This document shows, one piece after another, positions 9,652-18,681 of a stretch of 64,000 nt of DNA. Position 1 is the stretch's first letter. Every line of letters starts with the position of its first letter. This stretch comes from Agathobacter sp. (lineage in GTDB: Bacteria > Bacillota_I > Bacilli_A > RF39 > UBA660): assembly GCA_963628465.1 (NCBI GenBank), contig CAVGEW010000040.1:4539-68538 (forward strand), given 5' to 3'. The translations under genes and the position numbers were made by a program. The notes below the pieces were generated by a model. The model was given only the letters and a program-made list of their open reading frames with translations. It searched no databases and was not told the DNA's origin.

Positions 9652-10273
9652 TTAGCCAATCAAAATTCATAACACTAGTTTCGTATAAAGGGGCTTCAGG
9701 TTCTTCTTCCATCATCTTTTTGATATCTTCAGGTTTCTTTATACCTTTTCTATTCCATTCATATAAAACTTTATCTACATATCTAAGTGTTAACGCTCCA
9801 TTATAAACAGCTTCCTTTAAAGCAGCTTCAATTAACCTTTCACTAAAACCACTTTCAATCCATGCATTTATTATTTCATAATCTGTATTAGATAATGTTC
9901 TTCCAAATTCTTTTTCAAATGTTTCATATATATCAGTTTTAATATTTTCTTTTTCTTTTGATTTATAATCACTTCTTATTTCACTATAAAAATTTTCTAA
10001 AGAAACAGATTCTTTTATTTTGCCAAAACAATCTTTTTCAGCTTTTACATTAATTATTTTCTTACTCATTAAAGAACCATAAGCCTCTATTACATCATCG
10101 TCCTTCATATTCAAGGTTTTAGCTATTACTTTAATATCAAATACTACATCGTAAGAATTATCAAAATATAAAAGAAGTAAAAACTCATTTAAAGACAAAT
10201 TTAACTTTAAGGCCTCTTTTATAAATATACTTTCTGCCACAAGTTTTTTATTATCTTTAAACATAGTTCTCAC
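9641..10273 (-). CDS. dnaD: DnaD-domain replication initiation/membrane attachment protein
   Basis: C-terminal DnaD-like domain 'LIEAALKEAVYNGALTLRYVDKVLYEWNRKGI'. Conserved nth-dnaD adjacency. Confidence 0.7.
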   Translation of the reverse strand: MRTMFKDNKKLVAESIFIKEALKLNLSLNEFLLLLYFDNSYDVVFDIKVIAKTLNMKDDDVIEAYGSLMSKKIINVKAEKDCFGKIKESVSLENFYSEIRSDYKSKEKENIKTDIYETFEKEFGRTLSNTDYEIINAWIESGFSERLIEAALKEAVYNGALTLRYVDKVLYEWNRKGIKKPEDIKKMMEEEPEAPLYETSVMNFDWLNEK

Positions 10274-11334
10274 TTCCTTTTCTTTAAATACTCTATTATT
10301 TTATCTTTTTTATTACTTAGTTTATTACTAAGTATTTCTTTTTCTAAAGTTTTATAAACACCACTTATTACTTTGTTATCATTATATATATCAAGGATAT
10401 CTTTACTTGTAATATCTATATCACTTTTAGACTTTATGGGTAATTTATTATACATTTTACTTATTTTTTTATAGTCTATATTCATTATTTTACCAGCGAT
10501 AGAAGAAACATATAAACCATAATTATAAAGTATAAAATTATCTATTTTACCATGGTTTTTTACCTCGGTAATCTTTATTATATTCCCTTTTTCTATATTT
10601 GTAAATGGGATATTTGCGACTTTTATTTGCGACCACATTCCAAGTAAGTCATCAACATAATTTATGTGGCTATATTCTATACCTAAGATAGTGGAAATGC
10701 CTGTAGATTCCATTAATTTTAAAGCTTTATTAAAATTTTTACTAAGAAGTATTTTTTCTAATTCTGATTTAATTCTATCCTTAGATAAAGTACCTATGAG
10801 ATAGTTATATTCTTTTATTACAGAAAGCAGGTCTTTATCAATTTCAAAATCTAAGATAGTTGCAAATCTAATAGCACGCATAATTCTAAGAGGGTCTTCC
10901 TTAAGCTTTACTTTGGGATCACCAATCATTTTAATGACTCTACCGTTTAAATCCTTGCACCCATTTAAAGGGTCAATTATTTTCTCAGTTTTATCCATAC
11001 ATATAGCATTTATAGTAAAGTCTCTACGTAAAAGGTCTTCCTCTAGATTATCTATATAAACTACATTACTCGGCTTTCTATTTACATAGTTTAAATCTTT
11101 TCTAAAAGTAGTTATATCTATATTATAGTTATCAAACTTTATATTAACACTTCCATAGTTACTTTTAGAACTATTAAAAATATTGTGAATAGCTTTAGGT
11201 AATGCGTTAGTAGCTATATCTACATCTTTAGAAGATATACCAAGCAAATAATCCCGAACAAAACCTCCGACTAGAAATGCTTGGTAGCCGGCTTTTTCTA
11301 AAGTATCAAGTATTTTTACTATATTTTTTTCCAT
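10270..11334 (-). CDS. cca: CCA-adding tRNA nucleotidyltransferase / polyA polymerase family
   Basis: 'GGFVRDYLLG...DVDIAT' Pol-beta NTase head motif. Confidence 0.8.
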   Translation of the reverse strand: MEKNIVKILDTLEKAGYQAFLVGGFVRDYLLGISSKDVDIATNALPKAIHNIFNSSKSNYGSVNIKFDNYNIDITTFRKDLNYVNRKPSNVVYIDNLEEDLLRRDFTINAICMDKTEKIIDPLNGCKDLNGRVIKMIGDPKVKLKEDPLRIMRAIRFATILDFEIDKDLLSVIKEYNYLIGTLSKDRIKSELEKILLSKNFNKALKLMESTGISTILGIEYSHINYVDDLLGMWSQIKVANIPFTNIEKGNIIKITEVKNHGKIDNFILYNYGLYVSSIAGKIMNIDYKKISKMYNKLPIKSKSDIDITSKDILDIYNDNKVISGVYKTLEKEILSNKLSNKKDKIIEYLKKRK

Positions 11335-11370
11335 TTATGTATTCCCCTTTTAATTATATCAAACTAAGAA

Positions 11371-11400
11371 AGAAAAAAACATCCCTTTTAGAGATGTTTT
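11371..11400 (-). terminator. Rho-independent terminator after the AlbA_2-like pseudogene
   Basis: Stem 'aaacatc'/'gatgttt' followed on the minus strand by a 7-U tract. Confidence 0.4.
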
Positions 11401-11473
11401 ACAATAAATTTATAATATTATTACTTTTATACTCAAAAGAAAAGGAATAAACTCTGCAGAGCTTATTACAAAG

Positions 11474-12030
11474 CTACTTTTTTCTCCATACAGGTTTAGT
11501 ATCGGAACCAACATTTATTATTAAATCTTGATTTTTCAAATATGTTAATGCCATTTTTCTAGCTTGCTCTATTAAGTCAATTCTTAAATCATCCATTGTA
11601 GCATTAGAAATTAAAGTTGTATTATTGGTAATATCAAAGTCACCATCTTCATTTCTATCATATATTTTATTAGCTGTTTTATGCGCCTCAGAACTTTTGT
11701 GGATAAAAATATATAAAATATGTTTTTCATTATAAATGAAGTCTTTTATATCCAAATGAACTGTTGGAAATATCTTTGGAGGATTATTACAAAGATTAGC
11801 AAAATATTTCTTAATACTACTTATAACATCTTCAGAAATTCCGACAATTGAACCAGCATCTTTAATGCCAAGAAAAATATGTCCCCATTTCTATTAAGCA
11901 TTGAGCAAATAGATTCAAACAAATTATTAGGCAAAGTTTTTTAGACTTCTTTAAACACTACCGTTGTACTTTCTCCATGTTTAATAATATAAAGCAAATT
12001 ATCCGGTAATTTGTTATGATTCAGGATTAA
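11474..12030 (-). pseudogene. Disrupted AlbA_2 (divergent-AAA/Schlafen-like) DNA-binding domain gene
   Basis: Three consecutive reading-frame pieces. An N-terminal piece 'LPDNLLYIIKHGESTTVVFKEV*' (AlbA_2-like GES.T.EFK) lacks a canonical start and ends in TAA. A frameshifted piece 'MLNRNGDIFFLALKMLVQLSEFLKML*' follows. The in-track ORF continues '..LGIKDAGSIVGISEDVI..' (AlbA_2 'GG.I.IGV.D.G.I.G'-like) without an ATG. Confidence 0.45.
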
Positions 12031-12114
12031 TTCCTCCTTCGTATAAACCTATTGTAACAAAATATTTCTAAAATGTCATTAATAAATTAATTTAGTGGGG
12101 CTGTTAATAGGGGC

Positions 12115-12142
12115 TTGACAAAGTCTTTAAAATGCGTATAAT
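12115..12142 (+). promoter_or_regulatory. Consensus sigma-A promoter (TTGACA-16-TATAAT)
   Basis: Exact TTGACA at 12115-12120 and exact TATAAT at 12137-12142. GGGG RBS 9 nt before the ATG at 12174. Confidence 0.55.
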
Positions 12143-12173
12143 AGATAATGCACTTTGAAAGGGGAAATTAAAT

Positions 12174-12728
12174 ATGAAAGATTACTGTGGAAATTGTGAA
12201 TATTATGATTTAAACCAAAAAGAATATTGGGGAAGTAGATATTATTGTACAAAAACATATAAATACAGAGAAAATAATGAAGGTGCATGTAATTTATATA
12301 TTCAAAAGAAAGCTCAGACTTCTGATTGCTTTATAACTACGATAATATGTGAAAAACTTGGTTACCAAGATAACTGTGATATCTTAGAAACATTAAGATT
12401 TATAAGAGAAAGTTATTTAAAGAAAACTGAGGAAGGTAGAGCTTTATTACAAGAATATGATATTATAGGTCCGGTAATAAGCGCTGAAATAGCTAAATGT
12501 TCAGTGATTGATTCAATGATGTTAGCTAAAAAATATATCTTGCCTTGTTATGATTTAATTAAACATAATAATTATGTTGATGCAATTATGATATACACAG
12601 AAATGGTTATGATGTTAAAAGCAAGATTTAGTTATGCTTTTGAAGATGCTAATCTTGACTATAGCTATCAATCACCAACTGAAGAACTTGGTAAAGCAAG
12701 AGTCAGAATAAAACCAGCAAATGCTTAA
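12174..12728 (+). CDS. Small Cys-rich protein of unknown function (N-terminal CxxC..C..C)
   Basis: 184-aa ORF under a consensus promoter. Cys cluster 'CGNCEYY..YYCT..CNLY' and conserved-looking 'CFITTIICEKLGYQDNCDILETLRFIRESYL' block. The stop lies within the terminator hairpin. Confidence 0.55.
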   Translation: MKDYCGNCEYYDLNQKEYWGSRYYCTKTYKYRENNEGACNLYIQKKAQTSDCFITTIICEKLGYQDNCDILETLRFIRESYLKKTEEGRALLQEYDIIGPVISAEIAKCSVIDSMMLAKKYILPCYDLIKHNNYVDAIMIYTEMVMMLKARFSYAFEDANLDYSYQSPTEELGKARVRIKPANA

Positions 12729-12741
12729 TTTGCTGGTTTTT
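12714..12741. terminator. Bidirectional rho-independent terminator
   Basis: Stem 'ccagcaaat'/'atttgctgg', 5-nt loop, TTTTT on + and a weaker U-tract on minus. Sits between convergent genes. Confidence 0.55.
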
Positions 12742-12742
12742 G

Positions 12743-13498
12743 TTATCTATTATTGAATTTAGCTACCAAAGCATCGAACATGTTTTCACAAGCTTTTAAG
12801 AATGCTTCTTTGTCAGCAGTAAAATCTACTGGAGTTTCAACACTTGCCTCAGGAATCGGCTCAACACTTGGCATTGGCGCTACAGTAACTTCTGGCATAA
12901 CCGGTGCTACTACTTGTGATTCAACAGGTGCCGCAGGCATTACTGGTTCGCTTGGTGCAGGACTAATGTTTGGCATTTGGATAGGTTCGCTAACTATCTC
13001 TGGAGTACCAATATTAACTGGCATTACTGGTTCGCTTGCAACTGGAGTAACTTCTGGAGTGCTAACAATTTCTGGGGTGCCAAGGTTAACCGGCATCACT
13101 GGTTCAGCAGCAACTTGAGGTTGAACAGGTGTATCTATTGCTCCAACAGGTTTATAACTATTTTTTAAAACATCAAAAGATGCAACTGGAAGTGTTAATT
13201 GCTTAAAGAATACATCTTCAGCTCCTAAAGTATTGGGTACACTAATATAATCTACTTGATTACCAGAAATAATTAACCTAAGTATTTCTTTAACAGCATT
13301 CCATTCAGTATCAGGCACAACACTCAAACTATTATTCACAAGTTTTGAAACCAAAATAATTGGAAGCCCCATTGTTCCATTCATTTCATTATCAAGTGCT
13401 ACATACTCTCCACTTGTGCTTTTAAAAGCTGTTACAAGTGGTTTTTCTAAAACTCCACCAGATGTGGTATTAATTTTTATTTTTTCCATTTTATTCAA
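12743..13498 (-). CDS. Hypothetical protein with a Pro/Val-rich tandem-repeat C-terminal half
   Basis: Globular N-terminal 120 aa, then repeats 'EPVMPVN(L/I)GTPEIVS' x2 and 'SEPVMP' x3. Confidence 0.5.
   Translation of the reverse strand: MNKMEKIKINTTSGGVLEKPLVTAFKSTSGEYVALDNEMNGTMGLPIILVSKLVNNSLSVVPDTEWNAVKEILRLIISGNQVDYISVPNTLGAEDVFFKQLTLPVASFDVLKNSYKPVGAIDTPVQPQVAAEPVMPVNLGTPEIVSTPEVTPVASEPVMPVNIGTPEIVSEPIQMPNISPAPSEPVMPAAPVESQVVAPVMPEVTVAPMPSVEPIPEASVETPVDFTADKEAFLKACENMFDALVAKFNNR
12900..13110 (-). repeat. In-frame tandem repeat (about 84-bp unit) encoding PV-rich repeats
   Basis: Repeated 'gttccaatattaactggcattactggttcgcttg...' blocks visible on the + strand. Also gives rise to a spurious + ORF. 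Confidence 0.5.
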
Positions 13499-13530
13499 TC
13501 CCTTCTCTATTCTTATTTAATTATATCAAA

Positions 13531-13806
13531 TTATTTTATCTTTTTCAATATAAAATATTTACAACCATAAGCACAATAATTTTCGATATAATCATCGACT
13601 TTAGCAATATCATTTACAGGTTTAAAATATTTATTATCTTTATCATTAAATCCTTTAAGTCTTACTTTACCATATGCATAATCCCCTAAAATATAATCAA
13701 AACCATCAAAATAATCTGTTATTTTTCCCTCTAAATCACTTATATCTAAAGCATCTTTTTCATTTTTAATTACTTCATATTTTTTATTATCAATAAGAAC
13801 TTCCAT
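13531..13806 (-). CDS. yutD: YutD-like (DUF1027) protein
   Basis: 'DYFDGFDYILGDYAYGKVRLKGF...YCAYGCKYFILKK' matches the YutD family pattern. Confidence 0.6.
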   Translation of the reverse strand: MEVLIDNKKYEVIKNEKDALDISDLEGKITDYFDGFDYILGDYAYGKVRLKGFNDKDNKYFKPVNDIAKVDDYIENYCAYGCKYFILKKIK

Positions 13807-13815
13807 AAAACCTCC

Positions 13816-14643
13816 CTATATTAGAATAAATACAATAATGCCAAGCACCATTAACACTGTACATACTGCACTAATAACTAAAAGAATATCAACATAACCA
13901 TTACCACTAGTAACTTTGTTATTTTCTCTTTCTATAGCTTCAATAGCCTTATCTAGTAAATATTCTTTGTTAATAGCATTTTCTCTTATTTTAAAGTAAT
14001 CATATACTTCAGAATTAACCTTATCAACATCTCCACTTGCCATATTCTTTATATCATCAAAACTGTAATTTAAAAGTTCATATGCTTTAACATTTAAATA
14101 ATGTTTTTCTTTAGGAAGAATAGTTTTAATATTATTCTTCATTTGAATCTTAAAATATCTATCCACTTCTAGAATATCACTAGCTTGTAAGAAATTATAT
14201 GATACTCTTAAAGGATTCTTAGAATATGGGGTATATAATAATTCATAAAATTCTATTACTTCAGCTTCTGTTAAATAAAATTCCAACTTCTTTTTTATCA
14301 ACATATCTACGAGTTCTTTTTGAATTATTATAAAATAAGGGTTCTTGTTTTTAATAGTTCTTTTCTCATTTTCATGTTCAAAATCAGAGAATAATTGGAT
14401 ATTTGATAAGAATACTTCAACTTCTGTTATAGAATAGCCAAACTTACTTAAATTTTCTTTTAAAAGGTCTTCATCCCCCATTACTTTAGGGTTAATAATA
14501 TCAAGTTCACTATAAATGGATACAAGGCACCTTAAAACCACGACTAGAAAAGAGTTATAAGTAACTCCTTGGATATTTTGGCTACTTTCTAAGTAATCAT
14601 CAATAGCTTCAGTAAAGGCTTCATTAATAAATACTTTATCCAC
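13816..14643 (-). CDS. Hypothetical protein with C-terminal TM anchor
   Basis: 275-aa ORF with a C-terminal hydrophobic helix. No recognisable motif. Confidence 0.4.
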   Translation of the reverse strand: MDKVFINEAFTEAIDDYLESSQNIQGVTYNSFLVVVLRCLVSIYSELDIINPKVMGDEDLLKENLSKFGYSITEVEVFLSNIQLFSDFEHENEKRTIKNKNPYFIIIQKELVDMLIKKKLEFYLTEAEVIEFYELLYTPYSKNPLRVSYNFLQASDILEVDRYFKIQMKNNIKTILPKEKHYLNVKAYELLNYSFDDIKNMASGDVDKVNSEVYDYFKIRENAINKEYLLDKAIEAIERENNKVTSGNGYVDILLVISAVCTVLMVLGIIVFILI

Positions 14644-14751
14644 TTTATTCTCACCCTATTTAAATTGTATCATACAAAATGGGGGAATGGAATACCTAAA
14701 ATACTTGTTTTACTTTATTTTAACAAAAAAATTAATAAAGAAGTTCTATTT

Positions 14752-15540
14752 CTAGAACTTCTTTATTAATTTTTTTTCTATTAAAGTAATAATTTTATAT
14801 AACAAGAAAGAAATAATTAAAAGGATTAATATACCTGCCATAACAAGGCTTAAATTAAATACTTGTGTTCCATAAATAATTAGATAACCAATACCAGCGT
14901 GGCTTACTAAAAATTCCCCCATAATTACACCTATCAGGCTCATGGATATGCATAACTTCATGCTAGATATAATGGTGTTGTAAGAACTTGGTATAACTAA
15001 TTTAAAAAGTATTTGTATTTTACTTGCTTTAAAAGATTTTAATAATTTTAATTTTTCTATGTCGGTATTTAGAAATCCATTATAAATAGTTATAATGTTT
15101 ATAATTAAATTAATAAGCAGAGCCATTACAATAACACTTTTTATATTAGCGCCTGCGATAATTATAATAAGAGGCCCTAAAGCAACCTTAGGCAAAGAAT
15201 TTACCATTGTTAGAAATGGATCAAGGATGCTAGATAAAATAGGTATTTCATAAAGAATAATAGCAATTATAAAGCCAAGTAATAAACCTAGAATAAAGGC
15301 AATTAAAACTTCTTCTAAAGTAACAAATATATGGTTAAATAAATTATTTTGCATGCCTAAATTTATAATAGTTGTTATAATTTTACTTGGTTTTGAAAAG
15401 ACAAAACTATTTATTATATTTTTATTTGCTAAGTATTCCCATGTACATAAGAAAAGTATTACAATAAGTATTTGTGAAAAGAGAACAATTAATTTTCTTT
15501 TTTTAATACCTTTGATAAATTTTTGTTGTTCACTAGACAT
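14752..15540 (-). CDS. ABC transporter permease (SsuC/TauC-like, BPD_transp_1)
   Basis: 6-TM permease with EAA-like loop. Operon with ATPase and SBP. Confidence 0.8.
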   Translation of the reverse strand: MSSEQQKFIKGIKKRKLIVLFSQILIVILFLCTWEYLANKNIINSFVFSKPSKIITTIINLGMQNNLFNHIFVTLEEVLIAFILGLLLGFIIAIILYEIPILSSILDPFLTMVNSLPKVALGPLIIIIAGANIKSVIVMALLINLIINIITIYNGFLNTDIEKLKLLKSFKASKIQILFKLVIPSSYNTIISSMKLCISMSLIGVIMGEFLVSHAGIGYLIIYGTQVFNLSLVMAGILILLIISFLLYKIITLIEKKLIKKF

Positions 15541-16279
15541 TTTTATCTAAATCCTTCCATAATAAGTCATAATAGTAACCAAATTCTTTAGCCTTTCGAT
15601 TATTCGTGGGAATAGATTTATTACTTAGATTAATTTCGTATATATTTTTAATTTTCGCCGGTCTTTTAGATAAAACTATAATTCTATCCGCAACACTTAT
15701 AGCTTCGGCAAGGTCATGGGTTATCATTATAACCGATTTTTTTTCGCTTTTTATAATATTAAATACATCATCGCTTACCGATAGTCTTGAAACATAATCT
15801 AAAGCTGAGAAAGGTTCATCAAGCATCAAAATGTCAGGTTTTAAAGCAAGTGTTCGAATCAAAGCCACTCTTTGTCTCATTCCCCCAGATAACTCATGAG
15901 GATATTTTTCTAAAAAATCCCGAAGGCCATATTTAATAAGTAAATTCTTAACAAATTTAATATTTTCTTTATTTTTTTTCTTTTCAATATCTAAACCTAA
16001 ACAGGCATTATCTAGGATATTAAGCCAAGGAAACAAGGCATCTTCTTGAGGCATGTAACCAAACTTTATGCCATTTTGTATTTTAATTTGCCCCTCTGAA
16101 GGCTTATCAAGACCTGATAATATGTTTAAAAGTGTCGATTTACCACAGCCACTTGAACCTACGATAGCTAGTATTTCTTCTTTATCTAAAGCAAAAGAAA
16201 TGTTATCTATAGCTTTTATTTCTCCTTTTATAGTTTGATAGTTTTTACATAAATTAGTTACTTCAAGTATTTTACTCAT
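15533..16279 (-). CDS. ABC transporter ATP-binding protein (SsuB/TauB-like)
   Basis: Walker A 'GSSGCGKST', signature 'LSGGMRQRVAL', Walker B 'ILMLDEPFSALD'. Confidence 0.85.
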   Translation of the reverse strand: MSKILEVTNLCKNYQTIKGEIKAIDNISFALDKEEILAIVGSSGCGKSTLLNILSGLDKPSEGQIKIQNGIKFGYMPQEDALFPWLNILDNACLGLDIEKKKNKENIKFVKNLLIKYGLRDFLEKYPHELSGGMRQRVALIRTLALKPDILMLDEPFSALDYVSRLSVSDDVFNIIKSEKKSVIMITHDLAEAISVADRIIVLSKRPAKIKNIYEINLSNKSIPTNNRKAKEFGYYYDLLWKDLDKNV

Positions 16280-17261
16280 AAAAGTTATTAACTAAATCTT
16301 TATATGGAACATAATCATCAAGTAAATTAAAATCTATTAGAAAATCCTCTAAGTTGGTAAATAATCCTTCACTTATATATGGACTATCAAGAAAACAGTC
16401 ATATTCTTTATATCTATCTATCATTTGCGCTAAATCTTTTATGCTTGTATCGGGAAATTGATTAATAATTTCCTTAGCTATTACTTCAGCATCATTATCT
16501 AGAGTATATTTAATACCCTTGTTTATAGCGTTTGTAAATCTTTCTATAATATCACTATTATTTTTAATATAGCTTTTTCGAGCATAAAAGGTTGTGTAGG
16601 GAACTTCCCCAGAAAGCATCCCAACAGATGCAACAACTGTTCCATAGCCTTCATTAACTAATTTTGTAGCATTAGGTTCAAAAAGGTTTACAAAATCCCC
16701 ATTACCCCCGATAAACGAACCTGACAATGCTGAAAATTCCACCGCCGTATTTACATTTATTTTACTGGTGTCAATACTGTTTTTCTTAAGTGCATTTAGA
16801 AAATTTAAGGCTGGCATCCCGGTAGAACGACCTACGAGAATTTCTTTGTTATATAAATCTTCTAGTTTAAAATCTTTATAATCATTCCTAGATACGATAA
16901 ACTGTCCATCTCGTTTAGTAAGCCCAGCGAAAATTTGTAAGTAATCTTCTTCATCTTGCTTGTAAACATATATTGCTGATTCAGCCCCCGCAAAACCTAT
17001 TTGGACATCACCAGATAAAACTGCACTACTTACTTTATCTGCTCCAGGTGTAAGAATAAGTTCTAAATCTATCCCTTCATCTTCAAAATACCCTTTTTCT
17101 ATCGCAACATAAAGGGGACTATAAAACGAACTGTGAGTAACCTCCGCTAGTTTTATTTTAGTAAGTGCTGTTTTATTATCCTTTCTAAAACCAAATGTAA
17201 CTAAGACTATACCTATTAATATAACCATACATAAAAGTCCAATAATAATTCTTTTTTTCAA
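16272..17261 (-). CDS. ABC substrate-binding lipoprotein (NMT1/THI5/SsuA-like)
   Basis: N-terminal TM/signal sequence. Periplasmic-binding fold motifs. Confidence 0.7.
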   Translation of the reverse strand: MKKRIIIGLLCMVILIGIVLVTFGFRKDNKTALTKIKLAEVTHSSFYSPLYVAIEKGYFEDEGIDLELILTPGADKVSSAVLSGDVQIGFAGAESAIYVYKQDEEDYLQIFAGLTKRDGQFIVSRNDYKDFKLEDLYNKEILVGRSTGMPALNFLNALKKNSIDTSKINVNTAVEFSALSGSFIGGNGDFVNLFEPNATKLVNEGYGTVVASVGMLSGEVPYTTFYARKSYIKNNSDIIERFTNAINKGIKYTLDNDAEVIAKEIINQFPDTSIKDLAQMIDRYKEYDCFLDSPYISEGLFTNLEDFLIDFNLLDDYVPYKDLVNNFYE

Positions 17262-17584
17262 AAATAATTCCTCCCTCTAGGGTAATATATGTTTTTTTAT
17301 AGAAAATGTTTTTATAATTGACCTTCTAGTATTTATAGCAATTTAAAATTTAGTTTTTTGGGCAATACTATTGACTAACTTGTAGCGATAACTTTACTGG
17401 AATTATTAAAGAAGAAAAGATATGATGATTATTTAATACAGTTTAATGTGTAACCTTTTTTAGGTTTAACAAAAAAAAAAGCAAAATCATAGCGATTATA
17501 GTTGAGTTAAGTACCAAATAAATAAATATAAAACCAGTTGAATATGCACTTCTTACAAATGAAATATATAAAAGTTGGTCTGGT

Positions 17585-17809
17585 ATGAAAGTAAGTAATA
17601 CAAAGAATATAAAGGACTTAGAAAAGAGTCTTTTAAGAGATAATATGACTAGTATAGAAGTATTACTTACTGATTTAGGAGAAATTGCCGCTCGTGATAT
17701 AGCAAAGTCAGAGAATCCTCAGGGTTTTAAAGAAAATAAAGTTCTAACGTATTTAAATTATATGAGTTACCTCACGGTAACTCATTTTCTTCTTCATTTC
17801 TATTTTTAG
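17585..17809 (+). CDS. Small hypothetical ORF (doubtful)
   Basis: 74-aa ORF with no clear RBS. Kept at low confidence. Confidence 0.2.
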   Translation: MKVSNTKNIKDLEKSLLRDNMTSIEVLLTDLGEIAARDIAKSENPQGFKENKVLTYLNYMSYLTVTHFLLHFYF

Positions 17810-17880
17810 TATCTAACTTTTGATTTACTATTTCGACTTATCTTTTATAAATACCTTTATTTGATACAGATGCGAACAAT

Positions 17881-18681
17881 TTATTTAAAAAAATCTCTTT
17901 TATTAAAACTACTCATCATAAATCTAAAAGCAGCTTTTCTATTTGTAAGATAGTTAAATTTAACATTGTTTTTATTGTTAACAATTATCTTATCTACTAA
18001 AAATTTAGCTATTACATCAGGATAATCGCCTAATATATTGTAAACTTTTTTGACATTCTCAGGAAGTTCAAACCTATCCGTTCCCATTGAATGAGTAATA
18101 AAATCGGTTATCATTATACCAGGAGATAGTACACCTACCTTAATTGGTAGTTTTTTTATTTCTACTTCTTTAGCCAAAGCTTTGAAAAAGTATGTTAAGC
18201 CTCTTTTGCTAGTTCCGTATATTGATAAACCTAAGATTACATTATCATTACTTCCATGTCCTTCGACACCATATATTTGACCATATCCTTGTTTTATCAT
18301 TTGATTCATAGCAATTTTAGACCCTATGATAGCACTTTTTAAATCTATATCAATTAATCTACTTACCTGAGAACTTTCTACTTCCCAGATTGGCACCATC
18401 ATTTGGTTTACGCCAGCGTTGTTAATCCAAACATCAACACCAGCAAAGTTTTGGATGGTTTTATCCATTAAATTTTGTAAATCTACTTCTTTAGTTACAT
18501 CACAAACTAAAGCTAGAACTTTGCCACTTCCCTTAATATTTTTTTCAAGTTCTTTTTTAGCTTCTTCAAGTTTTTCTTCAAGTACATCTGATATAACTAC
18601 ATTATAACTATTTTTTCTAAATTCTTTAGCAAGTTCAAAACCAAGTCCTCGAGCAGAACCGGTGATTACTACTGTTTTCAT
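17881..18681 (-). CDS. Short-chain dehydrogenase/reductase (SDR)
   Basis: 'TGSARGLGFELAK' cofactor motif and 'YGTSK' catalytic motif. Confidence 0.8.
   Translation of the reverse strand: MKTVVITGSARGLGFELAKEFRKNSYNVVISDVLEEKLEEAKKELEKNIKGSGKVLALVCDVTKEVDLQNLMDKTIQNFAGVDVWINNAGVNQMMVPIWEVESSQVSRLIDIDLKSAIIGSKIAMNQMIKQGYGQIYGVEGHGSNDNVILGLSIYGTSKRGLTYFFKALAKEVEIKKLPIKVGVLSPGIMITDFITHSMGTDRFELPENVKKVYNILGDYPDVIAKFLVDKIIVNNKNNVKFNYLTNRKAAFRFMMSSFNKRDFFK

Noticed and set aside
12753-13168. Plus-strand ORFs antisense to the PV-repeat gene
   Set aside because: Produced by the tandem DNA repeat. The Gly/Thr/Ser repetitive translation mirrors the sense-strand repeat.
17262-17584. TPP/other riboswitch upstream of the NMT1/THI5-like ABC importer operon
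   Set aside because: I searched the minus-strand leader for the TPP core (CUGAGA ... ACCUGAUCUGGAUAAUGCCAGCGUAGGGA) and for T-box 'AGGGUGGNACCGCG'. Neither is present by eye. An Infernal scan would be decisive.
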